A stretch of 64,000 nucleotides of DNA, taken from the NCBI GenBank assembly GCA_963713825.1, contig CAVQNG010000003.1, forward strand, positions 288,001 to 352,000, read 5' to 3'. Under the pieces are notes generated by a model that worked only from the letters and a program-made list of their open reading frames with translations, was not told the DNA's origin and did not search any database. This DNA comes from an uncultured Acidobacteriota bacterium (GTDB taxonomy: Bacteria; Acidobacteriota; Thermoanaerobaculia; Multivoradales; JAHEKO01). Both the position numbers and the translations under genes were made by a program. Each line of letters opens with the position of its first letter. Position 1 is the stretch's first letter. Positions 10,349 to 19,572 of this stretch are shown here, piece by piece.

Positions 10349-12232
10349 ATGAACAAGACCGTCGCCGCCCTGCTGACCTGCGCCACCTTCTGCTGGGCCG
10401 TTCAACCGGCTCTGGCCGATGACGAAGAGATCGAGAAGCTCGAAAAGGAGCTCGAAGAGATCGCCACGATCGAGAAGAAGATGATGGTTCCCATGCGCGA
10501 CGGCATTCGCCTGGCGACGGATGTGTATCTGCCCAAAGATGCCGCAGGACCGTTGCCAACGATCTTCTCTCGCACCCCCTACAACTTCAACAAGTCCGGC
10601 GAGCGAAGCCTGAAGGCCATCACCAAGGCCATGGAGAACGGCTACGCCTACGTCGTCCAGAACGAGCGGGGAAAGTTCTTTTCCGAAGGCGAGTGGGAGA
10701 TCCTCGGTTTCCCGAGAACCGATGGATACGACGCACTCGACTGGATCGCCGAGCAGTCCTGGTCGAACGGCAAGGTGGGAACGATCGGCTGTTCCTCGTC
10801 CGCCGAATGGCAGCTGGCGCTGGCGGCGATGGACCACCCTGCCCATGCGGCCATGGTGCCGATGGCCTCGGGCGCCGGAATCGGGCGGGTCGGTCCTTTT
10901 CACGAGATGGGGAACTGGTACCGGGGCGGCGTCTTCCAGATGCTCTTCGGATCGTGGCTCTATGGCGTGCAGAACACCCAGCGCCCACGTCTACCGGAGG
11001 GCCTCTCCAGAGAGGACGTGGTCCGTCTGTCGCAATACTTCGACCTCGCTCCCAAGATGCCGGATGTGGACTGGACGGAGAACTTCGAGCACCTTCCCCT
11101 GATGAGCATGATGGAAGAGGTGGAAGGTCCCAAGGGAATCTACGCCGAGTTCGTGCAGCGATTTCCGAACGACCCGGTGTGGTTCGAAGGTGGTCTCTAC
11201 CACGACAACGAGCCCTGGGGCGTACCGGCCCTATGGATGAACTCCTGGTACGACATCTCGCAAGGCCCCAACCTGGCTCTCTTCAATCACATCCGGGACA
11301 ACGCAGAGGACCCGGAGGTGCGTGACGGACAGTACGTCGTCATTGCTCCCACCTCTCACTGTCGCTTTCAGACCGAGGACAAGGAGACCATCGTCGGCGA
11401 GCGCAACATGGGTGATGTGCGCTTCGACTACGACGATCTGACCTACCAATGGTTCGACTACTGGCTGAAGGGCAAAGAGAACGGGGTTCTAGAAGGCACT
11501 CCCAGGGTTCAGTTCTACACCATGGGCCTCAATCAGTGGCAGTCCGCCACGGCCTGGCCGCCGACGGAGGCGGAGGTCGTCACCTGGTATCTGGATAGCA
11601 ACGGAGCGGCGAATAGTCTCTTCGGCGACGGCCGACTCGGCACCTCGCCTCCCACGAGCGACCATCCGGATCAGTTCCCGTACGACCCGACGGTGCCGGT
11701 GTCTTCGCTCGGTGGCGGTGTCTGCTGCATGGGGGGGGCCATGGACCCCGGCTCCTTCGATCAACGTCGCAGCCAGGCACGTCACGACATCCTCGTCTAC
11801 ACCAGCGAACCCCTGGAGGAAGCTGTCGAGATCACCGGTACGATCGGCGTGACCCTCTACGTCGGCTCCGACGCCAGGGACACCGACTTCACGGTCAAGC
11901 TTGTCGATGTCTACCCGGACGGCACCGCCTACAACATCGACGACACGATCCAACGGGCTCGCTTCCGCGAGGGCTACGACAAGCAGGTCTTCATGGAGCC
12001 GGGCAACGTCTACGAGCTCGAGATCAGCCCCATGTCGACCAGCGCCCTGATCGACAAGGGACATCGAATCCGCATCGAGGTGTCGAGCAGCAACTTCCCG
12101 CGGTTCGCACGGAACCTCAACACTGGCGGCAATAACTGGGATGAAACGGAAGGAGTCGTGGCGAACAACGTTGTCCACCACTCCGCCGAGTATCCGTCCC
12201 AGATCCGTTTGCCCATCGTTCGTCGGCCGTAG
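10349..12232 (+). CDS. CocE/NonD (S15) family hydrolase, secreted
   Basis: VPMRDGIRLATDVYLP, RTPY, WSNGKVGTIGCSS, DTDFTVKLVDVYPDG, GHRIRIEVSSSNFPRF; signal peptide. Confidence 0.92.
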   Translation: MNKTVAALLTCATFCWAVQPALADDEEIEKLEKELEEIATIEKKMMVPMRDGIRLATDVYLPKDAAGPLPTIFSRTPYNFNKSGERSLKAITKAMENGYAYVVQNERGKFFSEGEWEILGFPRTDGYDALDWIAEQSWSNGKVGTIGCSSSAEWQLALAAMDHPAHAAMVPMASGAGIGRVGPFHEMGNWYRGGVFQMLFGSWLYGVQNTQRPRLPEGLSREDVVRLSQYFDLAPKMPDVDWTENFEHLPLMSMMEEVEGPKGIYAEFVQRFPNDPVWFEGGLYHDNEPWGVPALWMNSWYDISQGPNLALFNHIRDNAEDPEVRDGQYVVIAPTSHCRFQTEDKETIVGERNMGDVRFDYDDLTYQWFDYWLKGKENGVLEGTPRVQFYTMGLNQWQSATAWPPTEAEVVTWYLDSNGAANSLFGDGRLGTSPPTSDHPDQFPYDPTVPVSSLGGGVCCMGGAMDPGSFDQRRSQARHDILVYTSEPLEEAVEITGTIGVTLYVGSDARDTDFTVKLVDVYPDGTAYNIDDTIQRARFREGYDKQVFMEPGNVYELEISPMSTSALIDKGHRIRIEVSSSNFPRFARNLNTGGNNWDETEGVVANNVVHHSAEYPSQIRLPIVRRP

Positions 12233-12258
12233 AGACAGAGACGAACACCTGCAGTTCG

Positions 12259-12293
12259 CTGCTGGCGGGCCCACCGGAGGCGCCTGCCAGCAG
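12259..12293 (+). terminator. GC-rich hairpin after the CocE gene
   Basis: CTGCTGGCGGGC...GCCTGCCAGCAG stem with one G-U pair; no U tail. Confidence 0.4.
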
Positions 12294-12415
12294 AGGCCGG
12301 CAAAATCGGCTGGCACCTTTGGGAGAGGGCAGAAATCGTCCTCCTGAGGGGACAGTTCTGGCTGTGTGGGCCATCCGACCTGCCCCTTCGCACCGGTTCT
12401 ACGATCCGTTCTCGC

Positions 12416-12431
12416 TGGCACAGAAGTTGAT
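12416..12431 (+). promoter_or_regulatory. Possible sigma54-type promoter with a non-canonical -12
   Basis: TGGCAC-AGAAG-TTGAT versus consensus TGGCAC-N5-TTGCW, 28 nt before ATG 12459. Confidence 0.4.
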
Positions 12432-12458
12432 ACCTCCTCATTCCAGGAGGTGAACGAC

Positions 12459-12965
12459 ATGCAACTTCGTACAGCGTTTTGGGCTCTTCTCTTCGTAGCT
12501 GTCCTGCTCACCCTTCTAGCGGCTCCGGCTTCAGCACAAATCTCCGGTTGGTCTTTCGGCGGGGCCTTCAATGTCGGCGGTGCCCATATTCGGATCGGCT
12601 TCGCCGAGATGGGACCCTATGGCCCGAGCTACTACTTCGAAGCCGCCCAGCCATTCGCCTACGGCGGCTACTCGTGCTCCAACCAGTGCTATCGCCGCGG
12701 CAATCACTACTACCACCACCCGACGTGTGGGGCGGTCAACCACCATTTCAGTCGGTACGGCCACGCGCCAAACCACCTGATCGCCGCCTACGGTCCACCC
12801 GTCCCCTACGCTCAGCCGATCCCCTACGGGTACTACTCCCAGCCGAGACGGGGGTACTCCGAGCACCACTACTGCTGCGACAAGCACTACCGCAAGAGTC
12901 GTCGACACCACGTGCCCCCGGGGCAGTACAAGAAACACCACGGGCATCACCGCGATCACCACTGA
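12459..12965 (+). CDS. Secreted His/Tyr/Cys-rich hypothetical protein
   Basis: RBS AGGAGG, signal peptide ending PASA-Q, CSNQC...HHPTC, C-terminal VPPGQYKKHHGHHRDHH. Confidence 0.7.
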   Translation: MQLRTAFWALLFVAVLLTLLAAPASAQISGWSFGGAFNVGGAHIRIGFAEMGPYGPSYYFEAAQPFAYGGYSCSNQCYRRGNHYYHHPTCGAVNHHFSRYGHAPNHLIAAYGPPVPYAQPIPYGYYSQPRRGYSEHHYCCDKHYRKSRRHHVPPGQYKKHHGHHRDHH

Positions 12966-13077
12966 AGTCGATCAGCCCACTCTCTCGGAACTGACCTGCC
13001 TATCGCAGCTCTGACCCATTGGTAAACTCCGGCCGGCCGTTGGGGAAGGTCCCTATGCGGCTGGCCGGAGGTCCTCG

Positions 13078-14134
13078 TTGACGAACACTCGAGTGGGACT
13101 ACGCTTACGACGAGCTGTCCTGACCTGGGTTCTGGCGGCGTCTTGCACAGCGGTCTTGGGTGCTGATGAGACGGACCCACCCAAAGACCTGAAACGCCTG
13201 GAAGTTGGCGGCCTGCTGTTCGGTGACGCCTACTGGGTTGCATCGCATCACGATCCAACCGCAGAGGGGATCGTCAGCGCCTGGATCCGGCGCGGCTACC
13301 TCACATCTCGACTCTGAATTCACCAAGCGGCTCTCGGGCCGGATGCGCTTCGAGCTCAATCAGGATGGCGACTTCGATGTCTTCGAGTTCGAAGTCGACT
13401 TCAAGGATCTGTATCTGCAGACAACCATCGGCGAGCACAAGGTCCTCTTCGGCCTCTCCTCAACTCCGACGTTCAACCTGATCGAGAGCTTCTGGGGCTA
13501 CCGGCATGTAGAGCGGACTCCTATGGATGTACAGGGAATCGCTAGTCGAGACACCGGCATCGCGGCCAATGGACCGATTGCCAAGAAGGGCGCCATCTCC
13601 TACCGCGTGATGTACGGCACGCAGCTCGAGTTCGGCAGCGACAGCAACGACGCCGGCGAGTGGATGGGCGCAGTGAGTTGGGAACCGAACGCGAATTGGG
13701 TGGTCGAGATCTACGGCGACTTCGAGGACCCGTGCAGCAACGGCGATGGCCGCAGAACTCTCCAGGGATTCATGGGCTACCGAACCGAGTCGTCCCGCCT
13801 TGGCCTTCAGTACTCGCATCAGGACCGGGACGATAGCCCAGGGATCAAGCTGGCCTCGGTTTTCGGTGTCGCCGATTTCGCGAAGAACTGGAGCTTCCTG
13901 GGGAGGGTCGATCGCCTGTTCGAGCCCAGCATCAGAGGTGAAGACATCGCCTACCTGCCCTTCGACCCCGATGCCAAGGCAACGTTGCTCATCCTGGGGG
14001 TCGAAGCCCGGCCCTACAAGTTCTTCAGCCTCATTCCGAACATCGAGTACATCCAGTACGACGACCCAGACGGACCCGAACCCAGGCCTGAAGACGACCT
14101 GCTCGTCAGGCTCACCTTCTATCTGAAGTTCTGA
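13078..14134 (+). CDS. Porin-like outer-membrane beta-barrel protein; apparent frameshift ~13308
   Basis: Signal peptide, WIRRGYLT then DSEFTKRLSGRMRFE, FKDLYLQ, WGYRHVERT..D, SRDTGI; C-terminal RLTFYLKF. Confidence 0.7.
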
Positions 14135-14160
14135 GACGGCCTACACCAGCTCTGGACGCG

Positions 14161-16260
14161 CTACTGGAAATCGCGAGGAATCGTGTCGCGCCAGGTCTTC
14201 TCTCGGATGAGCTCCCCGTTTTCCAGCAGTCGCCTGGTGTAGGTGTAGTAGAAGTTGTCCAGATCGCTGCGAAACAGGAGCTCGGACTCCCACTTCAGGG
14301 TCCGGTCCTCGAGCTCGACCTCGGTCCAGTGCTCACCCCGCACCGAGGTGTTCCTCGGGGTGATCATTGGAAGTCTCATGAACAATCGTCTCACCGTAGC
14401 GCTCGATGCCCCAGGGATAGCTGCGTCCCGCCTCCATTCGTCGCCTTCACCACTACCGCTCCGGTCTGAGGATTGCGATCGACGGACGAGATCTCGCCAT
14501 AGCCCGAGGTCGTGCCCTCGTCGAGACTCTCGTATCCCGATATCTCCGGATCCGATTCCGGTGGGAGGAACGAGGGGGCGGGGCGCTCCTCATGAGGAAC
14601 GACGGGCAGCAGCACTCTCGAGCCGTTGTCGCCTCCCAGATAGAGGCTTGTCTTCATTGGGTAGGGGGTCGGCCAGAGCATCGGCCACTGGGCATTCGCC
14701 ACCGCCAGGCGAATCCGGTGGCCCTCCGGGAAAGACCCAGGAGGTGAAGTGCATCTCGATCTCGAGAGGGAAGGTCTCTCCCGGCACGAGGGCCTTCGGC
14801 TCGCGGGCCGAGGCGCGATGCGTCCCGTTGAACCCGGCACCAGCGACCTGGGTGACCGTACCATCCGGCGCCACATCCGAGAGTCGTACGAACCAGTTCG
14901 CCCGAGGTGCGTCGGCCGACACGGTCAATAGCGCCGTCGGAAACCCGAGGATCTCTAGATCGCCCTCGAGCGGTTTGCTGTCGTAGACCAGACTGAAGGC
15001 GTCGGTGGGCCTCTGGTCGTGGGCCACATCACCCCACCACATCACCGGACCACCGGCTTCGATGCCGATCGACGGCACGTATCGAAGGTGGTGGGTCGTC
15101 TCAGGCGCTTCTTCCGACCCCAGAGTGTGGTTGGGCTGTGGGTAGAGCGCCCGCTCCTCGATCCTCTCGATCGGCCAGCCCTCCTCCCAGCGCCATTCGC
15201 CAGGCGCCGCCTCGAGGTAGGGACCGGGCGGGTGCCACTGTCTGACGTAGACCGCGAATCGCGGCTCCTCCAGAATGCCTGTATCTCTTCCCTTGAGCCA
15301 GTGGTCGAACCACCTCACGGCTTCGTGCCGCCACTCGATTTGCGGCTTCGGATAGGCATTGTGTGGGAAGGAGTGATGCCAGGCACCGACAATCGCCTTG
15401 ATGGGTGCCTGAACTTGTTCGAGCATGCGCGGCACGCTGTCGCGATAGCCGTCGTACCAACCTCCGATGACGAACGCCGGCACACGAATAGACTCATACC
15501 TGGCCTTGAGTGCAGTGCGGTCCCAGAACGGACCATCGCGCTGCTGGCGCTTGTAGGTCATCATCCACGGCTCGGTGTCGAAGCGGTCGCGAAAGTAGGC
15601 CTCGTCGATCCTGTATTCCGGGGCGCCCGGGCGGGCGTTGTCGAGGTCCTGACTCATCTCCCACGAGTCGACATGCATCACCCCATCCATGAAGTGCACA
15701 TCGTCCTGGTAGAGATCGTCCGTGGCATCCACGGCAATGATGGCCTTCAAGGCCGGTGGATTGCGCATCGCCAGATGAATCGAGTTGAAGCCGCCCCAGG
15801 AGATTCCGAACATGCCGACGTTGCCGTTCGACCATGCCTGCTGCGACAGCCAGTCGATCACCACCTCGCCATCGTCGTTCTCCTGGTCGCTGTACTCGTA
15901 GGGGATCAGTCGACCTTCGCTGTTCCCCGTCCCCCGGATGTCGACCCGAGCCACAGCGTAGCCTCGCCTGACAAAATAGGAGTAGAGCGAGTAGTTTCGA
16001 TTGCGAGATTCGGTCTTGCGGTAGGGCAGGTACTCCAGAAGCACAGGGATGCGCTCGTCGAGCTCACCGCCGGTCGGCATGTAGAGATCCGCCGCCAGGC
16101 GCACCCCGTCCGGCATCGGAATCCAGATCTCTTCCATCGTGATGTCATAGAGAGGAGCGGCCGAACTCTCGACGGCACTAGCCAAGCCGGAAATCAGAAG
16201 CACCGAGACGCAAACCAAAAAACCGCTGGACATCCGCCACAAGACACCGGACCGCCGCAT
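14161..16260 (-). CDS. CocE/NonD family hydrolase; apparent frameshifts ~14729, ~14423, ~14353
   Basis: IPMPDGVRLAADLYMP, EYLPYRK, DIRGTGNSEG, GISWGG, GHRIRLAV; continues through ORFs 14391..14876 and 14161..14394. Confidence 0.88.
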
Positions 16261-16372
16261 CTCAATCCCTCCTCAAAACCCGGACTTCATCAGCGTAGCA
16301 TCACGCCATGGTGACACAATACCCATTAGGCTTGGAGCATCTTCGGCCAGCCCAGAAATCGGCAAGGAACCC

Positions 16373-17047
16373 ATGAGAGTCATCCTCTTTGGAGCCACAG
16401 GCATGGTCGGCCAGGGGGTTCTACGAGAATGCCTCGCCGACCCTCAGGTGGAGTCCATTTTGATCGTGGGGCGCAGTTCATCCGGTATAGAGAGTCCCAA
16501 GGTTCGCGAGATGGTCCGCCCGGACCTCTTCGACTACTCGGGCCTCGATAGCGAGCTCACCGGCTTCGACGCCTGCTTCTTCTGTCTCGGAATCTCCGCA
16601 GCGGGCATGAGCGAGGAGGCCTATCACCGGATCAGCGTCGACCTGACCCTGGCCGCGGCCCAGGCGCTTTCCAGGCTCAATCCGGAAATGACCTTCATCT
16701 ACGTTTCCGGCGCTGGAACCGACAGCACAGAGCAGGGTCGCATGATGTGGGCGCGGGTCAAAGGAAAGGCGGAGAACGAGCTCCTGAAGCTCCCGTTCAG
16801 GGCTGCCTTCATGTTCCGCCCGGCCTACATTCAGCCTCTAAACGGAATTGAGTCTAGGACAAGAGCGTATCGAGTGTTGTACGGCCTCGTTGGACCGCTG
16901 TTCCCGATGCTCCAGGCTCTCTTTCCGCGCTACGTGACGACCACGGAGAAGGTCGGGTTGGCGATGCTCCAAGTGGCCAAACAGGGGAACTCGCAACCTA
17001 TACTCGAGAACGGCGACATCAACAGGCTCGCGGCCGAAAGCCGGTGA
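16373..17047 (+). CDS. NAD(P)-binding Rossmann-fold oxidoreductase/epimerase
   Basis: FGATGMVGQG, DACFFCLG, MMWARVKGKAEN, FRPAYIQP. Confidence 0.88.
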   Translation: MRVILFGATGMVGQGVLRECLADPQVESILIVGRSSSGIESPKVREMVRPDLFDYSGLDSELTGFDACFFCLGISAAGMSEEAYHRISVDLTLAAAQALSRLNPEMTFIYVSGAGTDSTEQGRMMWARVKGKAENELLKLPFRAAFMFRPAYIQPLNGIESRTRAYRVLYGLVGPLFPMLQALFPRYVTTTEKVGLAMLQVAKQGNSQPILENGDINRLAAESR

Positions 17048-17074
17048 CACTGGTTTCTCCCCGAGCGCAGCCCA

Positions 17075-17944
17075 ATGGAAATCCCACGAAGACTGAAGGC
17101 CGAGCTCTCGATCTTCGGTGCGACCTTTCGCAAGGCAAAGCAGGACGCGGCCAACGATCTGGCGGCTGCGATCGCCTTCTGGGCCTTCTTCTCCATTTTT
17201 CCGCTCTTGATCGGCGTGCTCTCGCTGACCAGTCGCTTCCTCGAATCAGAGTCGCTGCAGACGCGAATCTACGAAACGGTCACCGAAATGCTGCCAGGCA
17301 GCGCAGAGATGGTGATGGAGAACCTCGATGCCGTGGTTCGATATCGGGGAACGATGAGCCTGGTCGCTCTCCTGGGTCTCTTCTGGGCTGCCGGCAAGGT
17401 CTTCGGAGCCATCGCGAGGGCTGTGAATCGGGCTCTTGACGTCCAGAGCGATCAAAAACGGCTGCTGTCCAAGCTGCGCTACTTCGGGATGGCGATCGTG
17501 GTTTCGATTCTGATCATTGTCGCGCTCGGCTTCACGGTGGTGCTCGAAATAGCGCTCGAATCGCCAACGCTGTCCGAGTGGGGCATCGACGTCGGCCTTG
17601 TATCCGGATTCAAGAGTTGGGCCACGAGCCTCGTTCTGATCTTCCTGGTCTTCGCGCTGCTCTACAAGCTGACACCCTACATCGAGGTCGACTGGGCACG
17701 CGTTCTTCCAGGAGCCGTGCTGGCCACAGTCTTGTTCGAACTCGGGAAGAACGGTTTCGTGCTCTATCTGGAGAAGATGGCAGACTTCAAGGCGGTGTAT
17801 GGATCCCTGTCCTCCATCATCGTGCTGCTCCTGTGGCTCTATGTCTCCGCTCTCATCCTGATTCTCGGAGCGGAGTACAACATCGCTCGCTGGCAGGCCC
17901 GGAGTGGCAATTCCAGCCACGAGCAGGGGCGTCAGGCTTCGTAG
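17075..17944 (+). CDS. YihY/BrkB family membrane protein
   Basis: AAAIAFWAFFSIFP, VLPGAVLA, VYGSLSSIIVLLLWLY...GAEYN. Confidence 0.9.
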   Translation: MEIPRRLKAELSIFGATFRKAKQDAANDLAAAIAFWAFFSIFPLLIGVLSLTSRFLESESLQTRIYETVTEMLPGSAEMVMENLDAVVRYRGTMSLVALLGLFWAAGKVFGAIARAVNRALDVQSDQKRLLSKLRYFGMAIVVSILIIVALGFTVVLEIALESPTLSEWGIDVGLVSGFKSWATSLVLIFLVFALLYKLTPYIEVDWARVLPGAVLATVLFELGKNGFVLYLEKMADFKAVYGSLSSIIVLLLWLYVSALILILGAEYNIARWQARSGNSSHEQGRQAS

Positions 17945-18005
17945 GAGTCGTCACTACCACGCGCATCCGTTAGCCCGAAGTCTCATCGATTGCACTTCGC
18001 AACAC

Positions 18006-18048
18006 GATTCGTCGATATCGTCGTAATCCTCGACGATACCGTCGAATC
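18006..18048. promoter_or_regulatory. Imperfect inverted repeat, candidate upstream activator site
   Basis: GATTCGTCGATATCGTCG-taatcct-CGACGATACCGTCGAATC (16 of 18 positions pair), ~70 nt upstream of a sigma54-like promoter. Confidence 0.45.
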
Positions 18049-18116
18049 CCGACTCCCACCTCGGTCGCCAGCTTCTGAATCAACTGTGGACAGGGACCTT
18101 TCCAGCTCCAGTGTCC

Positions 18117-18132
18117 TGGCACGCAATCTGCT
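18117..18132 (+). promoter_or_regulatory. Sigma54 (RpoN) -24/-12 promoter
   Basis: TGGCAC-GCAAT-CTGCT with exact GG-N10-GC spacing, 34 nt upstream of ATG 18166. Confidence 0.6.
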
Positions 18133-18165
18133 CAGTACCCCACTGATTGCACCATCGAAACTCTC

Positions 18166-18711
18166 ATGACACCGGAGAAAACCACAATGGGACCCCTACG
18201 ACTTCAAGCCGCCTTGCTCGCCGTTCTGCTGGGCGCCAGCCTGATCGGTTGCAGTAGCGATTCATCTTCGCCGACCGAGCCGTCGCCGCTCGACATTTCG
18301 ACAACAACCGGCTCGAGCACCCTTAGCGCCACTACCGCATCTGCTCTGGACACCGCCATCGATGACGAATACAAAGCCAGAGCCTTCTACGGCGCGGTGA
18401 TCGAGAGATTCGGTCCAGTCCTTCCGTTTGTCCCGATCCGCGACGCCGAGACCCGCCACATAGAGGCTCTTGTCAGGCTTTACAACGTCTATTCCTTGGG
18501 CGCACCTTCCGACCCCTACACCGGTCATCTCGAAGCACCCGACTCAGTACAAAAGGCCTGCCAAATGGCAGTCGACGCCGAAATCGCCAATGCCGCCCTG
18601 TATGACGAGATCCTGGAGGGCGTGACCGAGGAGGATGTGATCACGGTCTTCGAGCGGCTCCGCGACGCGTCTCTCTACAACCATCTGCCCGCTTTCCAGA
18701 GATGCTCCTGA
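18166..18711 (+). CDS. Ferritin-like (DUF2202-like) lipoprotein
   Basis: Lipobox LIGC, Ser/Thr linker, DDEYKARAFY, AETRHIEAL, AEIANAALY, ASLYNHLPAFQRC. Confidence 0.8.
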   Translation: MTPEKTTMGPLRLQAALLAVLLGASLIGCSSDSSSPTEPSPLDISTTTGSSTLSATTASALDTAIDDEYKARAFYGAVIERFGPVLPFVPIRDAETRHIEALVRLYNVYSLGAPSDPYTGHLEAPDSVQKACQMAVDAEIANAALYDEILEGVTEEDVITVFERLRDASLYNHLPAFQRCS

Positions 18712-18734
18712 GGCCTGCTCTCCCCTTCAGAGAA

Positions 18735-19511
18735 CTACGCTTGTGATGTCTCTCCCGAGACCCATACCGTTGCGGTGACTCGGGTCTCGAATCCGAGGCT
18801 CTCGTAGAGCCGGTAGCCAGCCGGGGTCGCACCCAGGAAGAACCGGCGAGCGCCCTGCGACCTCGCCTCGGCGATCGCCGTCGACAGCAGGCGTCGGCCA
18901 ATGCCGCCCTTCTGCATCTCGGGATCCGTACCCATGGCCCAGATCCCGGTCGTGTCACCGTGGTAGGTAAGAGTGACGGACCCGACTCCACGATCTTCGA
19001 TGCTGGCAAGGAAGACGTCTACCCCTGGGCCCTCCAAGAGGGAGGCTGGCATGGCCCGCAGAACGGAGTCCTCTGGCATATTGAAAGCAGCGCAGAGCAC
19101 TCGGGCGCTCTCCTGGGCTCCTGCTTTCCTGGACACTCGCTCGACAACGACCGCCTCGTTGCCAGCGGGCTCGATCGGCGAATCCTCGCGGACCATGAAT
19201 GGAAAGTCGACCGCATGCACGAGTCCGAGCCCAGCCGCCACTTCCTTGATCCGATCCCCCGCCTCCGGAAATACGATCGCCAGGAAGGGCAGCTCTCGGG
19301 ACAAGCAGGCTCGGCAGGAGTCCGCGAAGTGGTCCTCGCTCGCCCCACGCCCGACCACGATGCCGTTCAGATCAGCCACCGGCTCGTTGCACAGCGCCAT
19401 GGTGCAACCCGGGTGCGCCACGGCTTCGAACTTCTCGGATTCAGCAAGGAAGGAAACGAATGCCTCGGCTGTCAGTCGCCGCAGGACAGACTCCGTCAGG
19501 GGTTTCAACAT
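18735..19511 (-). CDS. GNAT family N-acetyltransferase
   Basis: MGTDPEMQKGGIGRRL acetyl-CoA motif; ATPAGYRLYESLGF; RBS GGAGG. Confidence 0.88.
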   Translation of the reverse strand: MLKPLTESVLRRLTAEAFVSFLAESEKFEAVAHPGCTMALCNEPVADLNGIVVGRGASEDHFADSCRACLSRELPFLAIVFPEAGDRIKEVAAGLGLVHAVDFPFMVREDSPIEPAGNEAVVVERVSRKAGAQESARVLCAAFNMPEDSVLRAMPASLLEGPGVDVFLASIEDRGVGSVTLTYHGDTTGIWAMGTDPEMQKGGIGRRLLSTAIAEARSQGARRFFLGATPAGYRLYESLGFETRVTATVWVSGETSQA

Positions 19512-19572
19512 GTCGAGCGAGCCTCCATGGTGATGAGATCGGTGGTCCTGCCGCAACGGATTACTCCCGCCC

